A DNA stretch of 64,000 bases from Octopus sinensis (Eukaryota): the NCBI RefSeq assembly GCF_006345805.1, contig NC_043012.1:48112001-48176000 (forward strand), read 5' to 3'. Positions 26,025-38,106 of this stretch are shown here, one piece after another. The first letter of the stretch is position 1. Every line of letters begins with the position of its first letter. Position numbers and translations under genes: made by a program. The notes beneath the pieces are model-generated. The model was not told where the DNA came from. It searched no databases and was given only the letters and a program-made list of their open reading frames with translations.

Positions 26025-27426
26025 CTAAAGCTTCTTGCTGTCATTTGCATCAGCAGCAGCCTGAACATCACGAGCAAGATCCTCCCACCAAGTGTTCTGC
26101 ATCTTCCTGAGAGATCGCTGCAGTAGTGATTTTACACTGTTATAGTGGGCAAGTGCTAGACTTCGCTGCACAGTAGACAGTTCTCTGCGCAGCAATACAC
26201 TGTGGGCATGGCGCTTCATCACTAATAGTCTTTGAATTCCAGCATCATTCTCATCAAACCAGTATCTGTGTCTGGCAGTAATATACCCCAGTGTTTCGGC
26301 TGCACATTGAACAACCTGGTCTCGAAGGTCTTCCCATGCTGCAGCAGTTTCAATGCTGGACAAGCGAGTCTGAAGCTCTTTCCTAACCACAACATCATAT
26401 ACCTTGTGGACATTTAGACGGCGAGGAATGCTGACTGGTCCTCTTCTCTCTTTCGCCCTAATCACAATTCGGAACTTTGCTTGCACCAGACTGTGTTCTG
26501 TCCAGCATTCTGATCCATGCAAAAACTTGACATTACAAATGTCATAAATGTCGCGCTTGCGGATGATGACGTAATCCAGCAAGTGCCAAACTTTGGACCT
26601 TGGATGCATCCATGTTGTTGTGTGATCACCTTTGTGCACAAAATGAGTACTTGCAATGTAAAGTCCATGTTCTTCGCAAAGCTCCAACAGCATGAGACCA
26701 TTGCTATTCATTTTCCCTACTCCAAAACGTCCTAGAGAGTTCCATGTTTGCCAGTCTGTTCCAACTCTGGCATTAAAATCCCCTAGTAGAATGACTTTAT
26801 CAGAATTGGGGATTTTTCTAAGTATGGCTCTCAGCTGGGTATAAAAGATTATTTATCTTCATCACAGCTAGTCAAAGTAGGTGCATAGTCACTTATTGGA
26901 GTAGCAAACCGCTTACCTTTCAAGTGCAACCGTAGGGTCATTATACGTTCATTTATAGGAACAGGGAGCTCTTCCAACTTCTTCAGGATATCAGATCGGA
27001 CTGCTAAACCAACACCAGCCTCTCTGCGCTCCTCCTTCTGCCTTCCTTTCCAAAAAAGGTGTATCCACCTCCTACTTCCTCAAGCTGACCATCACCTTCT
27101 CTACGAGTCTCTGAGAGTGCAGCTATATCAATTTTATAACGGTTCAGCTCACGAGCAACAAGTGCAGTGCGTCTTTCAGGCCTGCAATCATTCCTGTTGA
27201 CCAACAAAGTACGCACATTCCAACATGAAATGTTTAAGTTCCGTCCAGATTTTATCGATAAAAGGCTCTTTATTTTTCGAGCGCAGGGTGGACATCCGTC
27301 AGTCGCGCTAAACTGACCAGATATGGAACGACAGGCAATTTTTGGTTCACCTTTTCTAGAACCTCCCCGGTCTCCAGGTGAGCAGTGCCCTCTCCAAATG
27401 GAGCTGCTCAGACACCCATGCAGCAA
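26025..27426 (-). pseudogene. RTE APE endonuclease and linker (frameshifted)
   Basis: Segments 27004-27426 (WNVRTL, SETR) and 26025-26711 (WMHPRSKVWHLLDYVI) join across frameshifts. Confidence 0.9.
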
Positions 27427-28459
27427 CCGAATCCTACCGCTGTCTTTGGCGACAAGGAGACGACTTTATATCTAGCATGGGCCGCCTACGTGCAGGTCGC
27501 TGACTACATGCTTCCAACCCGTCAGGTCTGCATGCTTCACCACCTTCCCATCGCCGCAGAACTTCCGAATAAAAAAATAAAAAAATAAAAATAATATATA
27601 TATATATAAAAGGAGGTCGGGAATGCCTGTGCAGAGTTTTAGGTCCAGTAAGGCTTGCACAACACCTCACAGACCCTCTCCACTCTATTGACATTATCCA
27701 GAGACAAGATGTCTGGTGCCAATATGAGTCGCAGGCTCAGGGATGTGGGAGCGCCGTGATCTCTAGCACAAACCAAAGATCCCCAAAATGTTCAATGTCA
27801 TTCCCCGCATATCTGGTTTTATATAAGAGTGACTTTCTCCTAGAGACGTGCTTTAACAAACGCTGAGGGGCGCCTCACTCCCAGTGGTCTTTCAGCACGC
27901 CGGACACCACCCCGGAATTTCTACGTACCCGTGCTAACATTTATTGGATGGCCGTTGACTCTCAAGAGGTCCTCCGCCCTTTGACGGTTTTGTTTTTCAT
28001 CCCGCAGGGTGTCCAATAAACACCCTCCTCACCAAGCAAGCTTGGTGGGGTTGCCGGATTAGTCGCCGACGACCCGACCATGCAACAGATTGTACTGGGT
28101 TACATGTTACCAGTAGCACTCGAAGGTGACCTGACATATATACATATATATACATATATATATACACACACAATATATTATTTCGGTGTATATGCCTGTG
28201 TTTTGACGAAATGCTCAACCACATGCTCTCAGAAAGCAACAGTGTTTTGAAACCGTTTCTATTTCTTTGTCGAAATATATACATAAAGAACCAAGTAGAA
28301 GTAATATACGTTTATCGTTTTATACAAAGAATCTTACACTTCTTGCGAACTCTTCACGTATGCATTTATCATATAGATATGTATACATAATTTACATACA
28401 AACAAAAATTTGAAACCGTCTAAATGCGATACGAAAGCATAACAAAGGATCATATCTCA

Positions 28460-30335
28460 AAAAATGAAAATGGACTCAAGCTCTCTTTTGAAAAAGGAGA
28501 GAGCAGAAAAAGAGATTAAGACTGTCAAAAATTTGAAGACAAACCCTAAAGTCTTTTATAGATATGGAAAAGCGTCTGCTTCAGTACGATACAAGATAAG
28601 GCCACTGTTCGAAGAAAATGCCTCGCCGGCTGTAGATACCCAGATAATCAGTGAAAGACGGAATGTACAATACAAGTGTTTTCACATCTCCACTGGGGCA
28701 CTTGCATGTAGCTACGCCAGATAATTTCTTTGGTACCGCATGTCTATACAATGAAATGGCAATTATTGATAACACCAACATAGAGAAAGCAGATGTAAAC
28801 TAAGCCACAGGCCCTGATGGATTCCTAGGAATCTTCCTAAAGAAATGCAAAGGGGCACTAGCAAGACCACTTCAGATTCTCTTCCAGAGATTAAAGTTTA
28901 AGGAAGGCATAATATATCCTATCCATAAGGGAGGTAGCAGAGCACATGCTAAAATTATAGACCTGTCTCACTAATCTCCAACGTTAGCAAAGTCATGGAA
29001 CGCATTGTCAGGAAGAAACTAATTGCGTTTCTGGAAGATAGTTACTTGCTCCCTGACACACAAGATGCGGTCGCTCACGAAGCGGCCTTACACAACTTTT
29101 ACTGCATTACGATTGGGTGTTGACACAATTAATGGATCGCTCAAACGTGGATGTGATATATCTCGATTTTGTAAAGGCCTTTCGTGAGGTGCTCCTAGGA
29201 TGTATCATAAAGCTATGGAGACTTGGTATAGCCAGGAGACTTTCAAAGGGGTTGTATGACTTCTTAAAAGACAGAAGCCAGGCTGTGACAGACAATAATA
29301 GAAAATGTCTTGAGGCTGCTTCTGTTCATATTGGATCTCTCGGACACGCCATCAGTTACACAGACAGCCACACTTACTAGCTATGTCAAAGACACAAGAG
29401 TCAAGGTACCTTCTGGCGCTAAGTAAGACCTAGATGCCAAATATAAATGGGCCGAAGAAAACAACATGCAACTTGAAGCAGGTAAATTCCAAGCAATCCG
29501 CTACCAGCTAATCGGAGCTCAGAAGTCACAACTTCGATACTTTGGACCAAAGGGTCGGAATTCCTAGAATCACATCTAATGCGTGATCTCGGGATTGATA
29601 TGGGCAATGATACCTTCTTTTACTTGCATATAATCAAGTTGGTGGCAGTTTGCAGGCGAATGTCCGAAAGCCTTCTGATCAAAGGACCAGGAAAACATAC
29701 TGGTTCCATGGAGGTTTTGTGCTCAGCCGTCTGGACTACTGCTCTCACCTGTGTCACCATACAGTTTCAGATTAATAGCGAAACTTGAGGAAGTTTAGCG
29801 ATGTTACACCAGGAAGATTGCATTAATGAAACGGCTGAGCTACTGGGAGAAATTGAAAGAGATACGACGCCACTCCCTGGAACGAAAACTGGAGAGGTTT
29901 GCAGTAATATATGTATGGAAGACCATGGTGGGGTTGGCACCAAACTTTGGAATCGAGAGCTATACAAAACCTCGAACTATACCTCACTGCACTGTTCCAA
30001 AAGTCCCAGGTATCCCTTCTAGAGCGAGGACCATGTACGGCAACAGCTTGAGATTCAAGGGCTCACAGCTATTTAACGCCTTACAAAAATACCCCAACTC
30101 CATGAAGTGGAGTAGTGGTAGATATTTTCAAGTAACAACTTGACCTCCTGCTATCGAATGTCCCACATCAACCAATATCAAAGCAAGAGAAGAAACTCAA
30201 AAGAGAACAGCAATGTCGAGCTCCCTCCTTCGCCAAAAGCCAATAACATAGAATTGGCCATTAAAAGGATGATTACACTGGCGCTGCTCTAGTATGGCCA
30301 CAGGCTTTGGGCTGAAACATGTAGAAAAATAAAAG
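28460..30335 (+). mobile_element. CR1-clade LINE, 5'-truncated and decayed
   Basis: Broken-frame motifs NPKVFYRY, GPDG..LKKC, YRPVSL.S..SKVMERIV, DVIYLDFVKAF, RDLGI, LSYWEKLKE..SLER, and a GSQLFNAL tail. Confidence 0.88.
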
Positions 30336-30374
30336 AATATAAAAATATATATCTCCCGCGAAAATATCATACAT

Positions 30375-30765
30375 CTAGGCGGGTGTGTGTTGAGAAGCTT
30401 GATTCCTCAACACATAGTTTCGGGTTCAATTCCACTGCATGGTACATTCGGCTGGTGTCTCCTACTATAGCCTCAGGCTGACCAAAGTCTTCTGAGTGCA
30501 TTCGGTAGTTGAAAACTGAAAGAAGCCCTTTGTAAGTATGTATATGTATATATATGTATATACACACACATTTGTGTGTCTGCGTATCCCCACCATCCTT
30601 TGACAACCGATGTTGGACTGTTTACGTACCTTTAACATAGCGGTTCGACCAAAAGATCGATAGAATAAGTACTAGACTTACAAATAATAATGCTTCTGCT
30701 CGATTTCTTTGATTAAAGGCGGTGTTCCAGCATGACCACACTCAAATAACTGAAAAGAGTATGTA
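30375..30765 (+). mobile_element. SINE family A, diverged
   Basis: CGGGTTCAATTCCACTGC..CTATAGCCTCAGGCTGACC..tail. Confidence 0.78.
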
Positions 30766-30848
30766 TGCGTTTACAAGCATATATATATATGTATGCGTGT
30801 GTTCGTGTATTTATACATATGTATATATATATATATATATATATTCAA

Positions 30849-31048
30849 AATGTGACCGCGTGTGTACCGTTGGCGATTTTTTTCCCTCTCTCTTCTCTTC
30901 TCCGGATCTTTCCTTCTCCTATGTTTCCGACGACGAGCTCCGCTCGAAACGTTAAATCCTCCTTCTTTCCTTCTTTCCTGAGCGTCCAATAATACTATAT
31001 TTGTTCCACGTCCTCGCGTTGTGTTTTTTTGTGCTTTCATGTTTGGAT

Positions 31049-31052
<4 letters not shown>
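30849..31052 (+). mobile_element. Penelope-LTR-like short element with minimal hammerhead-like motif (30924-30956)
   Basis: TTT CCGACGA C GAGC TCC GCTC GAAACGTT AAA between (TA)n tracts; core U4 to C. Confidence 0.6.
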
Positions 31053-31083
<31 letters not shown>

Positions 31084-31089
31084 TTTCAT

Positions 31090-31497
31090 AAACTTTAAGC
31101 GTATAGAGATCGCCGCGCAATAACTAAAGAATGGGGCATATATGCCCTCGATAGAAAAAAGGTAGTCCTCTCGTACTCGTGGGATTCGAAACCACACCTC
31201 ATTTTTTTATGTGACCAAGGATGATACCGATTATAGTACCGAACCTACCTGCATTTTTCTGTCAGATTTAAGAACGAGAATTAGTTCGTATATTTTTGTA
31301 AGCAAACTTTCATGTGCTTTTACTGCGAATGGGTTTGTTAAGCAGTGCCGATTTTTACAATTCTCTTAATAACAATAGTATTATATAAGCTTAAAGTGTA
31401 CGGAAAACCTACAGTGTTCTGCTGAGGGTTTATATGCCCCATTATTAGACTATTTTCTTTAGTCATTGTATGGAGATCGCTATAAGCTCTATGCTTA
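31090..31497. mobile_element. Imperfect inverted-repeat (MITE-like) element with internal tRNA B-box-like motif
   Basis: Arms at about 31096-31149 and 31424-31497 share ACTAAAGAA, TGGGGCATATA and CCCTC in inverted orientation; GGTTTCGAATCCC on the minus strand at 31181-31193. Confidence 0.5.
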
Positions 31498-31566
31498 TAA
31501 ATACTGTTATTATTTACAGAATTGAAAACATCGGTTCTGCTTAACAAAATCATTCGCATTAAAAGT

Positions 31567-31569
31567 GTT

Positions 31570-31617
<48 letters not shown>

Positions 31618-31618
31618 T

Positions 31619-31670
<52 letters not shown>

Positions 31671-31681
31671 GTAGATAGATT

Positions 31682-31760
<79 letters not shown>
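31567..31760. repeat. (TA)n(GA)n(GATA)n microsatellite
   Basis: Read directly from the sequence. Confidence 0.96.
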
Positions 31761-31761
<1 letters not shown>

Positions 31762-33244
31762 CGTGTAAATATATATGTATGTATTGAGACATATGCAAAC
31801 ACACATACACAGATATATACTAAGCCCGTTAAGTATATTTTGCGAAAAAATGTAAACTTGTTTAAACCTCAAGAGAACAAGTCATTCTGTAGTGTTTTAG
31901 TTGTAGCTTTTTCAGTTTATATCCCGCTTTAGAAGCATTAAACTGAATTCTGATCAATTATAAATTGTCTCTGCAACCCCCTTTACATGCGACATTTTGG
32001 CTTGCAGACTAAGAAGGAATGAGTGGATTGGCTCAGCACGAAATTTATTTAAGATATTTACTAAGTACATCTGTTTTAATATTCTATATTTGTCATTTTT
32101 TAGTAAGCATTCATACATCGTTTTTCGATACGATAGTCCATCACTATAATTTATTGAAATCAAACACTCACATATAGAGATGTTTATAAAATACACCACG
32201 CAAAAAAAGAACACATATCAATTAATACACATTCGCACACTCGTGTGTGTTAGCATACACGCACGTATATTTAGTACACCAAGAAAGACGAATGTGGCAG
32301 ACAATAAACACATAGACACTGGCAAATATACATAAACATTCAGTAAAATGGTCTTTAAAAAAACCTATGATACACGACATACATATACATATATGCACTC
32401 ACACAAATATATTGTTCATTAGCCTGCACTATGTTGAAATGGTTATGAGATTCGGAATCGATGTCGCTTGATGGCGTTAGTTGTCCACATTTAAATGCAT
32501 TTAGTTAATATATGGAAGATATGCATTAATCATAATTTTTATTTGAAAACATAAATATAACCCATTCAAATATCCTAAACATGTGGCAGCCATTTTGAGT
32601 GGTCGTGAGTGTGTGTACGAGTATGTTTCTGTGTATTTGTGTGTGTGTAGTGTGTGTGATTGCGTGTGTGAGTGTGTGCTAGAGAGAGTGTGAGAGTAGT
32701 GGAAAAAGAGAGAGAATGAGAAAGATGAAAATGATAATTAGGGGCGGAGGCTTTAGAGCAAGAAACTGATTTCCGTTCGTGTATCTTTTAACCCAATTCG
32801 TGCTGAATGCAAACATAACCGTTTCTTCGTTTTACTAAATTATGTTGAATAATCTAAATTATTTTAACCAGCCAGCTCAGTTATCCTATTGATACTCCAT
32901 GCCAAATCTTAAAATTATAGGATACTACTTAAAAGTTCTTAGTATTCACCCAAAAGCAAATAATTACAGGGAATAGAAGGGGCTATTTTAAAATACTGGA
33001 CTAGATATTAAAATAAACGTTTCTACATGCGGCAATCTAAATTTTTCAGTTTGGAAAGTAGCCATAAAGAAACCAATGTATACAAACTTACAAACGCATA
33101 TGCATACAGAAATTCAGACACATATATGTATGTATGTATGTATGTATGTAGTATGTATGTATGTATGTATGTATGTATGTATGAATTTATGTATGTATTT
33201 ATATATATATATATATATTATATATATATATATATATAATATAT

Positions 33245-33279
<35 letters not shown>

Positions 33280-34802
33280 CTGCATGTATATATGTAAACC
33301 CTCACATGCATATATATCTATATAGAAATACATACGCGTATTTATGCATCATATATACATACACACACTCACACATATAGGGTTGTGTGTGTCTCACACG
33401 CTTATAGCTATATGCGTGATACGTTTCTCCCTACTTTATATATCTGTATATCTTCTAAAATACAAAAATAAATATAAAAATATATAATTTGTAATGAGAT
33501 TTTCTCCGCTTCTTAAGAAGCCATATTAGATTTCTTATAGTCTCTGGAAAAGTGAGAAAAAAATTAAATTAACCATCAATATCATATTCGAGATGTTTCG
33601 ACTCAATTTATGTCAGTTCAATTTTTGTAAACTTTATGTAGCTATGTGATTATACGTGTGGTGTCTAGTCAAATGTATTTGTGGTCAACATTACTGCTAA
33701 TCATTAACTTCTAAACCTTGAAAATTATCTGAACAGGATAAAATGTCTGCCTAAAGTTGTTTTATTATAGAAACTTTATCTCCCAGCCATTAAGAATTCT
33801 AAACAGTAATTGCGGCGACTGATGAGATTACAGTCATATAACAACAAGGCGACCTTGCGTCCACAGTCTGACAGCATTTAGACTGAACATCACTTTTCAA
33901 TATATCGAATTCTTTTGGCTGAGCATAAAATTGGAGATGAAACTACATGAGACTAAATCAATTGTTGTATGTGGCTATTATTATTTTCTGAAATCGGGGG
34001 AGGGATTTAAAGTTAAATGTGACATCTCAGAATAATACAATTTGAAAAGATATGTCCTAAATCACCTAATCCAATGTCTGCCGCGTATTTCTCGGTTTTT
34101 CTTATATATTATAATTAACAATTATTTCCTGCATTCGACCAGATGATTTCTGAAAAACAAAATTGATCCGGTGTGATATGAACTGAAAACATGGATGCCA
34201 TTAAAAACAGCAATTTTTTTAAATCCAATACTACACAGCGTCAGGAAAATTAACCAAATCTGTATATTGGAGATTTTATCTGTTGAACCAGATAGCACGG
34301 TTTTGAGAAGATTATTAAATTAGCCCCCCAATAAGTAAAATAGTGAATGCGACATTTGACCTGCGAACAACTAAATTATATACCAAAGCAACGCGACACG
34401 CTTCTTTATATACACACATAATTCACCGATTAGTTAGGTGCTAAAATTTACGTACACACTTATACATTCTTCTGGTATGGAAATGATTCTTTGCAGTGAA
34501 TAATATATAAATAGTAGAAAAAAATGTGAAATATCGATAGAAGAATAAAGACAATATATATTCATAGTAATCTCAGGGAACAAAGATTCTACAGTAGGTG
34601 TTCGCTTATACGTAACAATGATTAAACCTTGCTTAAAATATTTGTACATTGAGATATCGAAATAGAAACACTTGTACCAGATTAACTCGTATTAAATTAT
34701 TAAAATTGTTAAAATTGTTAATTTGTTTTGTCTGTGACAAGTTCTTGCTTGTAACGTGAATCATAACTCAGCACAAATATTCATATAAATGAAGACATAC
34801 AC

Positions 34803-34841
<39 letters not shown>

Positions 34842-34842
<1 letters not shown>

Positions 34843-35163
34843 CTTTAAATTTGAGAGCACTAAAGGTATGTTCGATGTTTAGTGCTCTCAAATTTAAAAT
34901 TACTGAAATCCTTGTGCTGATGACGGGAATGTTGGAATAGAGATGTATTTCTAGCATCTCTATATCTAACTAACCCAGAAACGCGTCCACAAGGAATCAA
35001 ATTTCGGGTGAACTGTCGTCATTATTCCCTCTAGGCCTACGTGAATTGTTTTTGAGTATACATTGTCTGGGTGAGTCTTCTTATAGTAGAATAAATAGCT
35101 ATTTCTAAAAGTTCGGTTTGTGGCAAAGCAATTTTTTTTGCTGAACCCTAATTTATAAAGTAA
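34842..35163 (+). mobile_element. ~320-bp hammerhead-bearing element between two (TA)n tracts
   Basis: Contains a 21-bp perfect hairpin (34844-34898) followed by a hammerhead; no ORF. Confidence 0.65.
34909..34995 (+). ncRNA. Type I hammerhead ribozyme motif (GUC site after 34987)
   Basis: Stem I TCCTTGTG/CACAAGGA (8 bp perfect), CTGATGA 34917-34923, extended stem II (GGG/CCC, ATAGAGATG/CATCTCTAT), GAAA C GC G TC with palindromic ACGCGT. C10.1 faces A11.1. Confidence 0.85.
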
Positions 35164-35169
35164 TATATA

Positions 35170-35202
<33 letters not shown>

Positions 35203-35371
35203 ATATATATACAAAGAGCAATAAAGATTCAAGTTAATTTAAAAAAATTTACTTGAATATGGTACCTAACTTAGATGCACCAAAAAAAAAAAAAAAAAAA
35301 CTATACTGATTTAACAATACAGTAATGTGGGGTGATTATAAGCGAGAAAGAAGCAACAAGAATGGATAGGT

Positions 35372-35462
35372 TTTTAGTACGATCGTTTCATACAAGGACA
35401 GGTTTTATTAAAAGTTGCAAAGATTACAGCATATAAACGAGTCCCGTACTCATCAGCTAAAA
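35372..35462 (-). ncRNA. Type I hammerhead ribozyme motif (GUA site)
   Basis: Minus strand TTTTAG CTGATGA GTACGGGAC..GTCCTTGTAT GAAAC GATC GTA CTAAAA. Confidence 0.88.
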
Positions 35463-36474
35463 TACATGTAAGTTCTCTAGACATCCTAGGTTTGAGGCTA
35501 TACTCATGAAGTAATGTAGATAATTAAACAGATTTCTAAAGTTCATTAAAGTTCTTTAAAGATGATGTACAGTCTTATCACAGAATTTTAAAAAAGTTTT
35601 GATAGCATCACAGAGAAGGTGACCTAATCCATATGAATTTCCATAGATATGATGAGGGATTATATACTCACAGAAGACAATTTATCCATTGCTAATTACA
35701 ACGAGGTGGGTCTCAATTCCTGCTTATTAGCATTACAGAGAGGGTGAATTAATCCTTTGTATATATGCACAGATTCCAATGGTGTAGATGTAAATTTCAG
35801 AGAAATGGAGATGAATTTCATATTCACAGGCGATAAATTTTACAATGGTTGAACACAATGAGGTAGGTATCAATCCTTGTTATATGATTAGGTGTTTGCC
35901 ACATAATCACATTACTGCTATTCACAAGAGGCTGTAGCTATTTAACTCTTAAGGCTGAAGGCTTACTAGATCGGCCAAGAATAGAGAAGGGAATAGAAGA
36001 AAGAGAGAAAATAATGGAGGAGGGAGCAAAAAGGGGGGAGAGGGGACTAAAAGAGAAGAGAAAAGGAAACAGAGATAAGAAGAAGAAAAAGAAAAAAGAG
36101 AAAGAGAAAGAAATAGGGAAAGAAGGGAAAAAAAGAAAAAGAAAAAAGAGAGGGTTCTAGCTATACAGAAGAGTTAGTAGACTGTAAGTCTGGTTTAATC
36201 AACAGGCATCTAGGAACTAGAGGAGAATATTATCTTTGACCAGTAACCGTTAATTTATTGCTGTTGAAATCAGCTATGAGTTTAAAGAGAATCTAAAGAG
36301 ATAACACAGTCAGGGGTTAAGGGGTCAGATGCTAAAACACCAGAAAATACATTAGGAAAATCTAAGTATAATCTTATCAAAAGTCATAAAAATTACTTAT
36401 TTATTTATTCATTTTATTCATTTTACTTCATGAGTATAGCCTCAAACACTAGGATGTTAGAGAACTTACATGTA

Positions 36475-36561
36475 TTTTAGCTGATGAGTACGGGACTCGT
36501 TATATGCTGTAATCTTTGCAACTTTTAAAAAACTGTCCTGTATGAAACGATCGTACTAAAA
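36475..36561 (+). ncRNA. Type I hammerhead ribozyme motif (GUA site after 36555)
   Basis: Stem I TTTTAG/CTAAAA, CTGATGA 36481-36487, 9-bp stem II GTACGGGAC/GTCCTGTAT, GAAAC GATC GTA (palindrome ACGATCGT). All conserved core positions are present. Confidence 0.9.
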
Positions 36562-36593
36562 ACCTATCCATTCTTGTTGCTTCTTTCTGCGTA

Positions 36594-36705
<112 letters not shown>

Positions 36706-37511
36706 GTATATATAGATATACATATATATATGTATATATACATATATATATATGTGTGTGTGTGTATGTATGTGTGTATGTATACGCATATATATATATA
36801 TATTTATATATGTATGCATGTATGTTTGTACACTCACAAACACACAAACGCATACATATATACACACCTATATACACACAGCCACACTTCAACCTCACAC
36901 CCCACCCTCACATCTCCCACACAGCATCATCTGCACACCCATACACCCACACATTTCAGACACACACACTCACATCCACACGTCAAAGGCACTATCCCCT
37001 ATCCACATGCACACACTTGTACACTCTTACATACATACACGTACGCGCCCCTTCGTTTCACGATCACCACTACTCTGTTATCTCCCCTTCTTCCTACTCT
37101 CCTGTCCAACTACCTTTTCCCAACAAGTAGCCACACTATGAAGTACATTTTCTTAACGACACTTTAAAATTTTTAGCGTTCTCTCAATACTTGGCCTTCC
37201 ATATATGTATATGCGTATATATCTGGTTTTGTTCCTGTATATATGTATACTATGTTTGTGTACAAACTTGTATATGTGCTTAAGTATGTGTGTGTCTATG
37301 TATATAAGTATGTGTTTGTGTCCTTCTATGCTATGGGATGCCCTTGTGTGTGTATGAGAACTTTTATGCGTGTTTGCAGATGGTCGTAAACGTCTATTAA
37401 CATATACGTATGTATTTATGTGTGTGCTGTGAGTATATGTTCGAGTGTATGTATATGTACTTATGTATGTGTGAGTGTGTATATGTTTGTATATAGACAT
37501 GTTCGTGTTGG

Positions 37512-37553
<42 letters not shown>

Positions 37554-37583
37554 AAAATAAGCAACAAATATATCCGAGTTAAT

Positions 37584-37669
37584 GCGGTACGATCGTTTCA
37601 TGCTACTTCATTTTATTAAACACTGTAAGTATTACATCAATTTTAAAATGTCGAGCAATCTTCAGCCAC
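37584..37669 (-). ncRNA. Type I hammerhead ribozyme motif, related family (GUA site)
   Basis: Minus strand GTGG CTGAAGA T TGCT..AGCA T GAAAC GATC GTA CCGC; stem II is closed by a U.U pair. Confidence 0.75.
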
Positions 37670-38075
37670 TTTTAGAAATTTTCCAAACAACCGAACAATG
37701 CACATCCTTATCTCTAATTCATTTACTAACATTATAAAGAGGGTAGATGTACAGACAGAGAGGGTGATTTCTTCCTTAAGAACATGATAATATTATAACT
37801 ACTCTCTGACTGTAGATTCTAACTTTGTTATTTAGATCTATCAGTAGGGAGGGGGATTTTTTGTTTGGATGGAAACAAAGAAGTTTTCTATTTATAGATA
37901 TAGGAAGGGGTGGAACAAATATCAAAACCAATAAATCTATTCCTATTCAGATGAACCCAGCCCAGAAACATTTGAGTGCACTGAGCAAAAAGTTAGTATG
38001 TTGAAGTTAGAGGGGCACCATATTTATCTGAATCTAAATTTTGCTGAACTTATATATATATATTATATATATATA

Positions 38076-38106
<31 letters not shown>

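Larger units (their letters stand above)
24001..28135 (-). mobile_element. RTE-clade (BovB-like) LINE, near full length, frameshifted
   Basis: Long structured 5' region, then APE (ISCWNVRTL..IAALSETR), RT (YRGIALLS, QCGFRSGRGTMDMIF, DLLYADD, FVYLGS), WTGHLIRM..MLYGEL and a terminal Cys/His knuckle. Both ends abut (TA)-rich DNA. The 5' boundary is uncertain. Confidence 0.93.
35345..36588. mobile_element. ~1.25-kb non-coding element with ~170-bp outward-facing inverted terminal repeats, each with a hammerhead
   Basis: 35345-35514 is the reverse complement of 36423-36588 apart from a few small indels; no ORF in the interior. Confidence 0.82.

Noticed and set aside
33818-33840. GACTGATGAGATTACAGTC
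   Set aside because: Simple hairpin with no downstream GAAA core.
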